A stretch of DNA of 64,000 nucleotides from Eledone cirrhosa (lineage: Eukaryota): NCBI GenBank assembly GCA_964016885.1, contig OZ024756.1:28458001-28522000 (forward strand), given 5' to 3'. Positions 25,302-40,501 of the stretch are shown here, piece after piece. Numbering within the stretch: the stretch's first letter is position 1; each line of letters begins with the position of its first letter. A program made the translations under genes and the position numbers. Under the pieces are notes generated by a model that saw only the letters and a list, made by a program, of their open reading frames with translations, did not search any database and was not told the origin of the DNA.

Positions 25302-27044
25302 AAGTAGTTCCACAACAGTTAATTCACCATTTCCGAGAACACTTATTTAATTTCGTTTCATCGTTTCTGTTTCGATCTTCGATTTTCCTACCTGCAAATT
25401 CCACTTTCACTATAATGAAACACTGAAATAGGTCTAAGCCTATATAGATGTCAGTTCAGAAAATTTATGACGAATTTGAATTTGACAAACAAAAGGCGGT
25501 TTTTTTTTTTTAATTTCATTTTTTAGTTGGATTCGTCAACTGTCATTTTATTCCATCGACTCCTTGAAAGGTGATGTTGATCTCAGTGGCCTTTGAGAGA
25601 AAGACGATGAAAGAAGAATTAGACCCAGGAGTGAAAATAATGTATGAAATTGAAAATTACAGCTCGCACCTGTAATAAGTTTAGGGAGCCTCTTACGAGG
25701 TAGGTTGCACCTTGGTTGGGTATTTTAAAATCAGAGCCCCACACCACTCCACAGTCAGTCCTTTCATAAGAAGCAATGTGGTGAAATGATGCGCTTTGCT
25801 CTATTGATCTAGAACACAACACGCCACCCGGGTCCAGGAATCGAACGAACCTACGACCTTTCTTCGGTCGCGAATCCAACAGCCCTAACCAAAACCACGC
25901 TCCTTCAGTAATTGTATAATAAACAACATTATGGGCAGACATAACTAATATTTATTTGAACCAAACTAATTACAGTGGCACGTGCACCAAGTCGAAAATG
26001 TAATGAATTAGAAAAAAAAAAGTAGATATTAGAAAGAGAAACGATAGAACACATGAAATAGAAAATAAGAAAAAATAAATTATATTAAATATTAATCAAG
26101 AAGCGATTTCCTCTGTTGATTTTATGTAAAACTGAATAAATTCAAATGCATATATACATATATATATGTATATCGTTCACTTATTCACTCGTTTCTCGCT
26201 TAATGAGATCATTTCAGGCGAAAGAAAGATGAAATATATAGATTACTACGTTTGTATATATACACACACATATATAATATATATATATATACACACACAT
26301 ACATATATATGATATATATGTATTTACGTACATGTATACATTCATAAGTAATTATATATATATATATAAACACGAAACTGTGGGCCCTTATTTAGGACAG
26401 ATTGTTTAGACTGCATCCATATACAGTGACGGTTTTAGAAGTAGGAAGCAATTAATTATCTTTTATCTATTAAGGGTAGGAAATAAAAACCATGTCTTTG
26501 GCTAACTAAATCTGTTAAATGGATGTTTTGTAGTCGTTATAAAATCCAACTGAATTCAATTCCGGGTTACACAACAATGAATTAGCGATGAGTAAATAAA
26601 TATAACACATCTATTTATGAAGAGATGAGCTATATACAAAGAGAGAGGGGAGACGAAAAGACAGTGAAGCTTGAAGTGAAATGAACATTTATAAATACTT
26701 CAAGTAGAGCTGGATACGTACACACAGTCATCCAAACATCACCATCGCTAGAAATCTCCCCCAGACCAAAGAAGAGAGCAATAACGAAAAAGACGTATTA
26801 ATTGACGATACGATCCAGTCGACAATTTCGATGAGAATAGCAAGACATTTTCTATAAATAAAAGATTTTTAGACGAGAATCCGAAACCGCCCGAATTTTA
26901 CACCAAAATTTACCAGCTCAGTTTTAAAATCGCGAGAGCTAGGCTCAGATCGTGCAAATATATACTCGTGGAACAATATTCCATATTGATTCTAAATCAG
27001 CACTAGGAAAAATTACGAAATACAATCATATCCTTGTCCCTTAC

Positions 27045-27185
27045 CTTAAATAATGTTTGCAACAAATGGGAATAAATAAATTAAAACACCATCGCTCCGT
27101 ATTCTTTCTAGATGCGGCTACAAAATGGCTTCCACTTTGTTCTCGACATGTAACGTAGCCAAGTCACGTGGTCTGTCTTGTCTTT
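27045..27185 (-). promoter_or_regulatory. Candidate ZFAT promoter and non-coding first exon
   Basis: Locally CpG-richer unique DNA; minus-strand AAG|gtaagg donor at 27045/27044; YY1-like CAAAATGGC at 27121 and E-box GTCACGTG at about 27163. Confidence 0.4.
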
Positions 27186-28493
27186 GCAATGAGGCAGGTT
27201 AGGAGTTCCAACCCACTTGTGGGGAGACCTACATAGTTATTACATGCATACACATATACAAATACATGCATATATATATATATAAATAAATATATATATA
27301 TATATAGTAATAATTGTTTCTACTTTTAGCACAAGGCCAGCAATCGCTCAGTACATTACGGGTACTTTATTTTATCGACCCCGTAAGGATGAAAGGCAAA
27401 GTTAACCTCGGCGGGATTTGAACTTATTATTATTATAACTATATATATTAGTAATAATAATAATAATCTGTTATTTTAATAAATATATATATATGTATAT
27501 AAATATATATATGTGTGTGTATAGATGAATTTATATATTTATATGTATGAATATATTGGTTTTAGTCATTGGACTGCGACCATGACGGCATCGTTTTTAG
27601 AAGCATTTAAAATCGATCATATTGACCCACGTGTATTTTTTTATCGATCTCTATTGAATGGATAATAGACACGACTCGCACTGTTTTACATCGCTAATAC
27701 ACGCGCACATGTACATATAAGCTATACTGTGTATGTGTGTACGTGTTCACACACACATACATACATAGTGGTGATGATGATAGTGATAATTGTTTCTACT
27801 TTTGGCACAAGGCTAGCAATCACCCAGTGTATTACTGGTACTTTATTTTATCGACCCTGTAAGGATGAAAGGCAAAGTTAACCTCGGCGGGATTTGAACT
27901 CAGATCGTAAAGGGACGTAACTACGCTGGAAAGCATGTCTGACTCTCTACCAACACTGCCAATTCACATGGTTGTGGTGGTGATCTGTCCACTAGTGAAA
28001 GATACTATAAACATTTGAATTACAAACCAATTTTTAGGCATTTTCTGCTCAATCATTACAGGATGTTAACAGTTAAAGGATCACAATTTATACAAATTTG
28101 TATAATTATCTTTTCAGTGTGTCTTTCATTTATTAAGACAGTATGGTACTATTCATAATATTACAAATAAGAAGAGAAAAAAAGAAAGAAAACGGAAAGG
28201 AAAAAAGAAAAAAACACACAAGGAGGTAATACACATCTAGGACCACATACAACAAAAGGCAGGTGAAAGGGGTTGGCGAGGCTGATGTGCTGGAACAGTC
28301 AAGCACCTTCATGAGCATCACCAGTTACCTCGGTTAGGCGAGCCGCCAGTGAAGATAAGAACCTCACAGTTAGTGGCCCAACTCCCCCAAACATCTCGAA
28401 TGCCACAGGCTGGAAAAGGTAATTAACTGTGATCAGCAAATAAACCGCTAAACAGCTTTGCTTTCTTCCATCAGTTTCGAAATATTTAAATAT

Positions 28494-28668
28494 CAGACCT
28501 GCCAACTTCTAAAAACCTAAATGAGGAGTACCATGAAAAAATGTCCCCCAAAATGGGGAGATTTTACATAATGAAAGCTATACCCATTTTCACAAGAGAC
28601 GACATCTCTCACCCACCATAAAGTGAGTGGGAGATCTCCTCATTGGACAGGGGGAGTTGACAGGTCTG
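28494..28668 (+). mobile_element. hAT-like MITE; second copy at 37751-37945
   Basis: TIR cagacctgccaac / gttgacaggtctg; the two copies share internal sequence. Confidence 0.72.
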
Positions 28669-29449
28669 AAGTATTTAAATAGGGGAGAGAATCATAATAT
28701 TTGGTGTGGGTGAGCGTGGACTGTGTAGTGGAAAATGCAGGCTTAGTAAGTGTGGGCAGATATACAGACATATACCAAAGCAATCCTCATTTTCAATCAC
28801 CAGAACCTAAATAACATCAACCATAAGCCATGTTAGCTATTCCAATGCATATTTATTTATTCATTAATTCACTTTTTCTATTATTTCCTATAGTATTTTG
28901 TGTTTAAAAAAATATTGTTGTACATCTGTAACCTGATCTCTGACCTGCTTCCTCTGGACTTCTTGGCAGTATTGGAGCAAGGGCTAGGTCACAGATGGGT
29001 AAAAAAGTAAAATTAAAATAATATAATGATTTCTACTATAGGCACAAGGCCAGCAATTTTAGGGAAGGGGAAAGTCAATTAAATCGACCCTCGTATGTTA
29101 CTGGTTCTTTATTTTATCGACCCCGTAAGGATGAAGGGCAAAGTTAACCTCGGCAGGATTTGAACTCAGAACGTAAAGGGCCATAACTCTGTGCTGAAAA
29201 GCATGGCGTTTAACGCTCTACCGATACTGCCAATCCACCACCCTTAATGATAATAATAACAATAATAATAAACAAATAGGGCTTGCAATATGGATGGAAC
29301 ACTTACAAAAAACAGCATTGCTTGGAACAGCTCGAATACTCTAAAGGGTACTCGAAAAGTAAGTGGTATTACCTCAGTTCACTGGTAGTGAACAGCTAAC
29401 ACTAATACATACATCTCCAGTATTAGAAGCTGAATGAAGAAACAATAAT

Positions 29450-30110
29450 CTCTTTATTGGCCACTAGAGCTTATTTATAGGGGACAATACAAAACAACAG
29501 GGACAGCAGGGGTTTACAATAAAATCAAGTAAAAACAAATTAACAAAAACAATTACCAATAAAATTACAATGATAAAATTCTCCAATGGGAGGAGAACCA
29601 CCTAGGGGTGACTCAGGTACCCCCACCACTCCACGCTTCAAGGGCACCTCTCTCTCCTCCTCAAATTAATCAGCCTACAGGTGCATGATCAGAGTAGGCC
29701 CACTCACAAGGGCCACTCTCGCCACATTCACCCACCTTTTAGCAAATGTACTGGGTGTGTGGTGGTGGGGACACTTCTTTATCCACCCTCACCTTCCTTT
29801 TTAAGTGAAACTTGAAAAAGCTGATGAGGGATTGACCAATGAGAAAAGTGTCTATCTTCAGTCCTTTCAACCTTGTCCATCACAACCTCTTTTGCTACCA
29901 TCACCAGACAGAGGAAAACTGCCTGCCCTTCCCAGCCAAAAGAAGGGGGATCTTCACTATGGACTCTTCGATATTGGATTTGTCCTACACTCGACAACAG
30001 CTGTTCGACATAACTCCACAAGTCAGTAATGCACGGATACTGGACAAGTGCATTCAGAACGCTTTGCCGATAAATTATCACCCAGAACAATCCTGTTAAG
30101 TGGTTGGGGA
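29450..30110 (-). mobile_element. 3' fragment of a Tx1/L1-clade LINE
   Basis: Degenerate C-terminal region (SVLNALVQYPCITDLWSYVEQLL...FLCLVMVAKEVV); 3' UTR ending in aataaa. Confidence 0.55.
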
Positions 30111-30849
30111 TAGGAAAGGCATTCAACCATGGAAAAACCTGCCACATATAAAATCAGGAAGATTCTTCAGCTATGCTGAGGAGATGACAACTTCACTAGT
30201 GCTGGTTTCATGGATAAACTGCTTACAGAAGAGCATGGAATCTTATGTTAGACCCAACCCACCTTGAGATCAGAGGTCCACTGAAGTATTAGACAATCTG
30301 TGACAACATGTCCAATCTTTGCCAGTATGTGGCTTGTGAATTACTCTTCAATAGTCTGCAGCAGAACAGCAGAACAATTTTCATGACTAATATTTTCCTA
30401 AAACTTGGTAATTTGTCCTTACAGCAGCAGTATTAAGCTTGATTTGCCAAACAGACAATCAATTTTAAGATCAGCCAGGGTCTGATCATGTTTCTTCCCA
30501 GAGAATGGTAGAATATATTTTATATTTCAGTAACTTTCACTTCAAGATCAAAAGCTGAGAAGTAGAAATATGTATCAAATTTCATAAACATTAAAAAACA
30601 AAACAAAAAGAAAACATTCTTATTAAGAACTTTAGTGAAATATACATTGGCTTGTTTCAAAGACCTATTGTAGTGGAGAGATGCCATGAAATCTAGCCTC
30701 CACCCCTCGACTCACTTTTAGCCCACTGTCTCTTTCCCAGGACTCAATTACCCTTTTCAGCTCTTGAGTTTGAGACACTTGGTTTAAGCCTTTCGTTACT
30801 ACAGTATTTATCAAAGCAAATGATTGTTCATAGGCACTCTAATCATTCA

Positions 30850-31590
30850 GCCATTTGTACAATGCCTTAGCCTCCCTTTCAATTGGCACACAGCCAGATA
30901 ATGATAGCCTGTGAATTGACGTTTCCCTGGGGTTCAGCCTCAGGATCTACAAGCAACACAAATGAGACTGTGGGTCCACCGTAGACTCTTTCAGCCTCCA
31001 CCTGCTGTCCTGTTGCTACAGTGCCGGCTGCCTTCAACGCGATGCTGCTCTTAATGAGGTCATAAAACATGGCTTGAATGCTGCAGGCATCCCCTCCCAG
31101 CTTGAGCTGGTAGGGCTAGACTGAGGGGACGGCAAAAGGCCAAACGGCATGACTATCTTCTGGTTCTGCGGTGGTAAACCCCTCATCTGGGATGCTACAT
31201 GCAGTGACAACCTGGTGCTCTCTACGAGTACCCCTGCGACTAACCCAGGCTCTGTGCACTTCGGGACGAGGAAGGTAAACTCTCCAAATATCTATCCTTT
31301 CTGACAGGTTTGTGGCCAAGCCCGTAGCAGTGGAGACATCTGGTATCCTTCGCCCTAGGACCACCTCCCTACTCACCATTGGATACCTGCATGTGTGAGC
31401 TTCGCGAGCTGGAATGCCTTTTCCAGCATGTCCCCCGCACCATCGTCCCTGGGAAACACCTCTATTCTGTCTGCTCGGGCCACGGGGCTGCCAACGCATA
31501 GGCTCCCATTTACTCATAACAGTGGAAGATGGGGAGAGCGGGAGAGATGGAAGCAGTGGCAGTTTGGTTCCTTTGTGTTCGGACCTAGTA
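30850..31590 (+). mobile_element. Fragment of an RLE-type (CRE-clade-like) non-LTR retrotransposon; related pieces at 28250-28430 (-) and 50262-50435 (-)
   Basis: Frameshifted [36 protein letters not shown]; 28299 ORF FQPVAFEMFGGVG. Confidence 0.7.
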
Positions 31591-34500
31591 TATATTTATC
31601 GCACTTCATGTTATATACATATACATTTGTATATATAACCATATGATTTTGAAAGCAAATCATTGGTGGTATTTCCTGAAAATGTGAGTCTTCAGATTTG
31701 ATCTGAAAGCTAACACAGTGAAAGGACCACAAATAAAAAAAAACAAAAACGTCCCTTACAATATGATCATACTAGAATGCGAAGCGAACCCTCGCCTTTT
31801 CGTTAATGATTGACTGCTGTATAGTACACAACGACAGCAGCAGCAACAGTAGTAGTAGTAGTAGTAGTAGTTGTCATCACTGTAGTGTTTCACGCTAATA
31901 TGTCGGTCGGGACTGGCTTATAGAATTTCCATATAATGCATACAAACCAGCAGCTGGCTGCATTTCTGCACTATGTACACCGTAAGTATAAAGAATCAAA
32001 ACTATTGCTTTTAATCGATAATATGCTTTTGAGATTAATAACACCATTTCAATATCTTATATTCGTCGTGTGAAGTTGTTTAGCCCCAAGCTCAATATGA
32101 ACGTGATGATTAAAGTTGTTCCAGTCATAACCATCCCGTTGTTTTTAACTATCCAAGACAATTATTGTTCCATGAATCCTTCTTCGCGATTATATATTTA
32201 TATATTTATTTATATATATATATATAAAGTCAATAGGGTGTAATTTGATTTTGTGCTTTGGTCTTTTGTTTCTAAACAGCTCGAGCGACCACGTCGTGAC
32301 TTTTTCGTTAGTCGGTATGAAGTTGTGTGTGATAGATATACCTAGTAATTCTCACTAAAGAAAAAAGTTAATAAATAAAATGAAAAGCCCTAAATATTTT
32401 TTTCAAGGGATCAAACCAATTATTATTTTAATTTACAAGGACAAAATATAAAGCTGGTACAAATGGAAAACATACATAGAAACAAACTCCGTGTTGTTGT
32501 CAAAGTACTGACACCAACAGATGTTCAACAACAAACACCTAGATTAAACAACCATAACAGATTTTACAAACACTGAAAATATGTATATACGAATTATTGC
32601 TATTATTAACTTAAAATTTTAAATAATGAGTTGAATTCCCTTCGAGGTCAACTTTGCCTGACATCTTTCGGGATGGTGGTGGGTCGATAAAATAAAGTAC
32701 AAGTTAAGTACTGGGTCGATATAATCCACTTTCTAGGCCCGCCTAAAATTGCTGGCCCTATACCTAGATTAGAAACCACTATTAACTTATAAATTTTACG
32801 TTCTGAGTTAAAATCTGTCGGTGGTCGTTATGATCTTTCATTTTTCTGAGGTCAATATAATTGCAGGCCCAGTGTCTTGGTTAAAAACCATATCCCGCCG
32901 AGGTTAACTTTGCCTTTCATCCTTACGGGGTCGATAAAATAAAGCACCTGTCACGCACTGGGGTCGATTTAATTGACTTTCGCCTCCCCCAAAATTGCTA
33001 ACCTTGTGCCTATATAAGAAACCATTATTGGCAATATCGGTAGAGGGTCGGACGCTATGCTTTGACGCATAGAGTTACGGCCCTTGCCATTCTGAGTTCG
33101 AATCCCGCCGAGGTTAACTTTGCCTTTCATCCTTACGGGGTCGATAAAATAAAGTACCAGTAATGCACTGGGTAATTGCAGGCCTTGTGCCAAAAAGTAG
33201 AAACAATTATTATTATTATCATCATCATCAGTATGTGGTCGTGCTTGTGTATTCGTTTTATTTAAATTTACCTGAATGCATGGCTGGTATTACACCCTCG
33301 ATCTCGAACATTGTCTAACAGTCCACTATAATTAGAATTTAGGGCCAGTTATGGTTGTTTATGAAGTAGTCAGTCATATATAATCAAAGGCGTCCCAGAT
33401 ATGACCATCCCGTTGTATTAGTTTTTTTTCTTGTCACTCATGATCTCTATGGTATATATGGATCACACGATGCGATGTGTGTTTTGTTTGTTTTGTTTCT
33501 AAAAGGTATGCTTTGAAGGAGATTTGGCTGCTATTTCTAGCAGGTTTGGGCGACCACAGCGAGGCTCCCCTGATCGCGTAGACCTATACAGTTTAAGACA
33601 TCCCAGTTGTGACCATCACGTCTTATAAGGGGCATCTAGGACAGAATTATTTAATGTGTCCCTTAAAAGAATGGTAGGATCTGATTTAAGGGAGCTTTGC
33701 GGCTTTCTTTGTCTTTCTAGGTCCCCTCTAAATATAATTGTATCTTCGATACATTTGCTTTGCTCTAAGACTATTAGTGGGAGGCTCCTGCACCACTTGT
33801 GGTGTGGGACCGATTGACACAATGTGGCGTACCCCCGGCATTCGCGGTCCCGGTTATTCGTGGAATTTTCCTTAGAACCTCACTAATAATTGTTCGTGAA
33901 AACCACCGCATATTCGAGGAATCGTAAATATCTTCCGCCTTTTTAAATGTTTTTTTTTTTCGTGGTAATAAAATTCACGCTTTTTAACGTTAAATTATTA
34001 ATAACAACATACCGTATTTGTACGTTATGTTTTGACGTTTATAGGCATTTTTATGGACTACGTCAAATATTCGCGGTTTTCAATTTTCGTGAGTACTATA
34101 AGAACTTAATCCCCGAGAAAACCGGAGGACAACAGTATTTGTTTCCGTTTTGATTCTATATGTTCATGTAAAATATTTATGCAATTAAGTAATAGAGAAG
34201 ATATGTGTGTATGTGTTGAATTTTGACATCTATGACATTTGTGTTTGTAATGTCAATCTCATATTGTCAACATATTTGAAAAATATTGAAACACTTTACT
34301 GTTATGTACTTTCATGGTAAATCGTTTATTTCGATATAATAAAAGAATATAAAAGTAAAATTTATAAAATAGAAATCCATATTACGAAGCTAATGTAAAC
34401 ACAGCCGGTTAGTTGCTTGCTATAAAGCAATGCGTCTCGGAGACCCAGGCCACATTCGTCACCTTTAAAATCTCAGGTTTCGTAAATTTCTTCTCATTTT

Positions 34501-36417
34501 AAATTGTCATCTAGTAATTTTTTCACATGAGCTCCATGATATGATACACATTTTCATAGTACCTAATAGGTTTAAATCTAAAGTAGCAGGTTTTTTTTTC
34601 TTTGTGAACTGTTAATTCGTAATCTCCCTAATGTGTGTGTGTGAGCATTATTAAACCTTTCGCCTGAAGACTGCAACCCTACTCTTACCCTAATATGTCG
34701 TCCGCTTCATAGTCCCAGCCAACAGATATTTGGATATATTCAAAAACAATAGACAGTAGTGATAAAACAACTACATTACAAGGATACACTTAAAGATATG
34801 TTGTCACGGTTGCTTTCAATCCTCAAAAGTGTGCTCAAACAAACTATATTAGACATATTGGTTTTTCATTTGATATATCTACAATGTACAGTATTCTTTT
34901 CCAGTTTGGATTGTTCCCCCCCCCCCCCCCCCTCACCGTCATTCTAATTCCTCTCTTGAGAGCCATACGCCTCCCGAAAGAGTTACTACTATAAAACATC
35001 CATTGTGACGGTCATATTATTTCAGTTAGAACCACGAAATAATTTGTGATTACATTTACAATTAATATAAGAAGAGCACGTTTATTTACTACCCAAGTAC
35101 ATCAAATGTTAGTCGTAGAGAGTTGGAGTAATTGACAGTAAATGCAGAAGACAGGATAACTTTTTTTCTCTTCAACAGACGACCTGGAAACTTAAAAACA
35201 TTAATTTCACTGCTGCTATTTCCAGCATACTTAACAACCACGCAGAGTCTCCCCATGCACGGGTGTGCTAACTGATGTATGTTGGCAAGTGTCAAATCAT
35301 GTATAAAACGACTACGAGTTAATTAAGAGGTGTTGACCTTCCTTCAGCGAACAGTTTTGGGGTCGACACCGCTTTATATACACACACATGCTGTGTTATC
35401 GCCTTATATTATATACATTAAGGTTTGCGTTAAGCAGACTGAAATATATAATTAAGTTATGTATGTGTGTGTATGCAAGCATTACCCCCACCCCCCTTCT
35501 CTAAATATATCATCAGCACCGTTTTACGTCCATTCTTCCACGCTAGCATGGGTTAGACGGGTTGTCCTCTTGTGGGCAATGCCAGGTCGGGTGACCATGT
35601 CTTACCCATACGTGAACTGAGTTTGGCTGGATGCCCTTCCTAACACCAATCTCATTTACACTGAGTACTGGGTGCTTTTTTACCGTGGCGCCTACACTAC
35701 CACTTTACAGTGGCGCCTACACTACCACTTTACAGTGTGGACTGGGTGCTTTTTTGTCTTGATACCTCCACGACTATTTTGCAGTGTGAGGGGGTGGGGG
35801 CATATTGTCTATATGCTTCAGCTTCGGCTTGTACCCGTGGGAAGTTGGGTCTTCTGTATTAAGCTTCGGCTTGTGCCCGCGGGAAGTCGGGTTTTCTGTA
35901 ATATATATATGTATATATATAATTCGTTTTTGAATTTGTTTTGCGAGATTTCTAATCTGAAAACGTGTGTTGAAACAGATATTGTTATACTTTGGGAAGG
36001 TCATGTCGCCAATAAAAACACACGCACCTGTGTGCGTGTATTTTTATTGGCAACATAACCCTCTTAAAGTATAACAATATATAAAATATATTTCATTTTT
36101 ATGCTTCTCATTAAAAAATCTCTATAGAGTTTGGCCAGAGCTATAATAATTCAAAAGTAAAAAGATATATTTATATACTACTAAAACTCTGTGATTGTTT
36201 GCTTGCCTGTGATTTAATACAGCCCAAACGGAACATAATAGGAAAATACTTTGGAAGGAAGTTGCTCCTGAAATGGGAATACAAATGGAATAAAACAAGT
36301 TTCGCGTAAATCCGAGCACGGATTCCCGAGATACAGGGTTTTTCCGGGTACCTTCATAAATAGAGAGAAAGATAAAGAGATAGAGGTTGCGAGAGGGTAG
36401 ATTGAAAGAGACATATG

Positions 36418-36452
<35 letters not shown>

Positions 36453-36459
36453 CGGCGCG

Positions 36460-36536
<77 letters not shown>

Positions 36537-36540
36537 TATC

Positions 36541-36597
<57 letters not shown>

Positions 36598-38536
36598 CCT
36601 TCCAATTTCATTATATATATACAGTATATATGATGGCTGCAAACTCTAGTATTGCAGGTTATAGAAAATGATGCACTTTTAGGCTGGCTACGGACAGCCA
36701 CACGAACCTGTAACAGATCCTGAACAAGCAATGCCTGTGCTTTGAAGGTTTTTTAAGTGGGGAAACGCCTTGCACTCAATCAATCCCACTCTCTGAGCAT
36801 CGAAAATACTACCCATGGAGGATGACCGGTGGGTAAAGCGGTGCTAAGAAATCCCAGTAGAAGGAAGACGCAATAGAAGACCACAGAAATCATAGGCGGA
36901 GGTGGTGAGAACTGACCTCAGAACGCTGAAGCTCACGGAGGATATGACGAAGAACCGCGACGAATGGAGAGATGCTGTGTTTGCAAGCAGGAAAAAGCGG
37001 GCGTAAAACGATGATGATGATGGTGTATGTGAGTGTGTGTACGCGCGCGCGTGTGGAATCAAGGGAGAAAACTCCAGTAAATTTGGATTTGTTCCCCTAC
37101 ACAGGAATCGACGAACAAAAATACAAAACATCATTTATTATAAAGTATATTTATATCTTATACTATATATGGATGTATCATCATCATCATCTTCTATTTC
37201 TGTTTTTACTCGAGTTGGATGGGTTAGAGACTAGACAGGTCAGGTAACCGTGTTGCTTATACTTTCCTTTTCTGACTTTGGATTTCAAAGGCTGGAAGCC
37301 TTTCTGAACTCCAACCACTTATATTTATCATGTCTGAGATAACTCGTCTAACCCACGCTAGCGTGGAAAATTGGATGTTAAAAGGTGATGATGTGTGTAT
37401 GTAAATAAGATCGTTATTGCTCCAATCAGTCTGCAAACACCCTAATCCGAATGCCAAACTGCACTCATGACTCCTGCCAAATTCGGCAAACCAAACGTAG
37501 ACCACCCACCTCCCTAAACTTTGCACACTGAACAGTACTGCAACAGCCACCAAATGGGGAAGATAGACAGTGTCCAGTTACAGCTGTCATATTACATAGT
37601 TTCTATATAATAAAGCTATTATTATTTGTAACGACTATGACCTCATTATCTAATAGGCGGTGCTCACCGTCTCCTGTCGTCTCTCAACTTTAAACTCTCC
37701 AAACTAACCACTTAAATGACGTGATGCAACCTATCGGGAAGTCTAGGTCGCCGACCTGCCAACCTCTAAAAACCCAAAAGGGAGAATCATGAAAAAAGGT
37801 GCCCCTAAACGGGGAGAAATGAGTCAAAATGGGGAGATTTTACATAAATGAAAGTTATACCCATTTTCACAAGAAAAGACATCTTTCACCCACCCCAAAG
37901 TGGGTGGGAGATCTGCCCGTCGGACGAGCACAGTTGACAGTTCTGAGATTGTACAACACATTCCAAAGAAACAAAAAATACCCAAGCCATTAAAGAAATA
38001 CATATAACTATAGGTTGTTAGTGTGTGTGTATTCACTCACATATTTGTACATTTTATTTTACATTAAAAATTTGCATTGTTGTGATTCAATGTATCGGAA
38101 TTAATATTTGATGGGGTTATTTAATACAATATGCCAATGAACTGATTGATAAACTATATTTTTTTACACTAAATAAATAATTAAAGTCAATAAACTACCC
38201 CCCCCCCCCAGTAAGCTGTTGTAAGTAAAATATGTTGTCACAATGACACGATATCACACACTCAATCTCACACATACACAGGCACTCTCACATTTACACC
38301 TACACTGATGCTCTTACTTTCACACATACTCTATCACACATGTAAACTATATCTATTACACTCACACACACATACACATACTATCACATATACACTCACT
38401 CACACGCACATACACATACTATCACATATACACTCACTCACACGCACATACCCAACCGTTCACTTTCTCTATCACAACACACAAACGCATATATCGCAAT
38501 CTGTCACACTGTTACACACATACATGTATGCTTACC

Positions 38537-38568
<32 letters not shown>

Positions 38569-38609
38569 TACACACACTCTCATTTTCTGTCACGTACATG
38601 CATGCTACC

Positions 38610-39830
38610 TCTGTTATACACATATGCCCCCTTTCTCTCATACACACACACACACTCTTTCTTCCACATACACATATGCCCCCTTTCTCTCATACACACA
38701 CACTCTTTCTTCCACATACACATATGCGCCCTTTCTCTCATACACACATACTCTTTCTTCCACATACACATATGCCCTCTCTCTCATACACACACACACT
38801 CTTTCTTCCACATACACATATGCCCCCTCTCTCTCATACACACACACACATTCTTCCACATACACATATGCCCTCTCTCTCATACACACACACACTCTTT
38901 CTTCTACATACACATATGCCCCCTCTCTCATACACACACACACTTTCTTTCACATACACATATGTCCCCTCTCTCTCATACACACACACACTCTTTCTTC
39001 CACATACACATATGCCCCCTCTCTCTCATACACACACACTCTTTCTTCCACATACACATATGCCCCCTCTCTCTCATACACACACACTCTTTCTTTCACA
39101 TACACATATGTCCCCTCTCTCTCATACACACACACACTCTTTCTTCCACATACACATATGTCCCCTCTCTCTCATACACACACACACTCTTTCTTCCACA
39201 TACACATATGCCCCCTCTCTCTCATACACACACACACACACTCTTTCTTCCACATACACATATGCCCCCTCTCTCTCATACACACACACACTTTCTTTCA
39301 CATACACATATTCCCCCTCTCTCTCATACACACACACACTCTTTCTTCCACATACACATATGTCCCCTCTCTCTCATACACACACACACTCTTTCTTCCA
39401 CATACACATATGCGCCCTCTCTCTCATACACACACACACACTCTTTCTTCCACATACACATATGCCCCCTCTCTCTCATACACACACACATTCTTTCTTC
39501 CACATACACATATGACCCCTCTCTCTCATACACACACACACACTCTTTCTTCCACATACACATATGCCCCCTCTCTCTCATACACACACACTTTCTTCCA
39601 CATACACATATGCCCTCTCTCTCTCATACACACACACTCTTTCTTCCACATACACATATGCCCCCTCTCCCATACACACACTCTTTCTTCCACATACACA
39701 TATGCCCCCTCTCTCATACACACACACACTCTTTCTTCCACATACACATATGCCCTCTCTCTCATACACACACACACACTCTTTCTTCCACATACACATA
39801 TGCCCTCTCTCTCATACACACATGCACTCT
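38610..39830. repeat. ~41-45-bp CA/CT-rich minisatellite
   Basis: Unit ctctttcttccacatacacatatgccccctctctctcata(ca)n; the source of the 583, 461 and 305 aa spurious ORFs. Confidence 0.93.
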
Positions 39831-40501
39831 TTCTCTCTTCCACACACACACACACTCTCTCTCTCTCTTCCACATACACACATTCATTATCACACATTCT
39901 CTTTCTCAGTTAGATGCTTACACACACACACACACATTGTCTCTCTCTTACACATACACACACATACTGAAGGAAACAATGTTTCGGTTGATCTTCCCAT
40001 TGGCAGTATCAATAGACACCATGCTTAGCAGCATAGAGTTATGGCCCTTAACGTTCTAAGTTAAAATCTCGCCGAGTTTAGCTTGGCCTTTCATCCTTAT
40101 GGGGTCGATAAAATAAAGGACCAGTAATACACTGGGGTAATTGCTGGCCTTGTGCCCAAAGTAGAAACATTATTATTATTGTTGTTATTAAATATGGTAA
40201 GAAAAGGGTTAAATCTGTCTAAAGTTTAGGTTGCATCTTGTACACAGAACACAAGACAATCAATTTTGTCAGGCAACAAGTCAACAAATATATTGAGACA
40301 GAAACCATTCCTTGTGATGGTTAGAAGACTGATAAAGCTTGTCTGATACAGTCATGGTCACGTCGTGGTATCCATAAAACCCTCCTTTGGGACACAGTTG
40401 AAGGAAGACAAAGTAGATCTTTGTCTGACAACAATCAAGAACTAGGCAGGTCACAACACTGCAACTTTTCTATTCTCTATGATGGAGTATCAAGCGATGA
40501 A

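Noticed and set aside
33820-34100. CpG-rich patch as an SLC35C2 promoter or first exon
   Set aside because: No convincing donor or core motif; could be a DNA-transposon remnant; cannot be decided without transcript data
38308-40059. 583, 461 and 305 aa His/Thr-rich ORFs
   Set aside because: Translations of a CA/CT minisatellite that is open in several frames; no splice signals or domain
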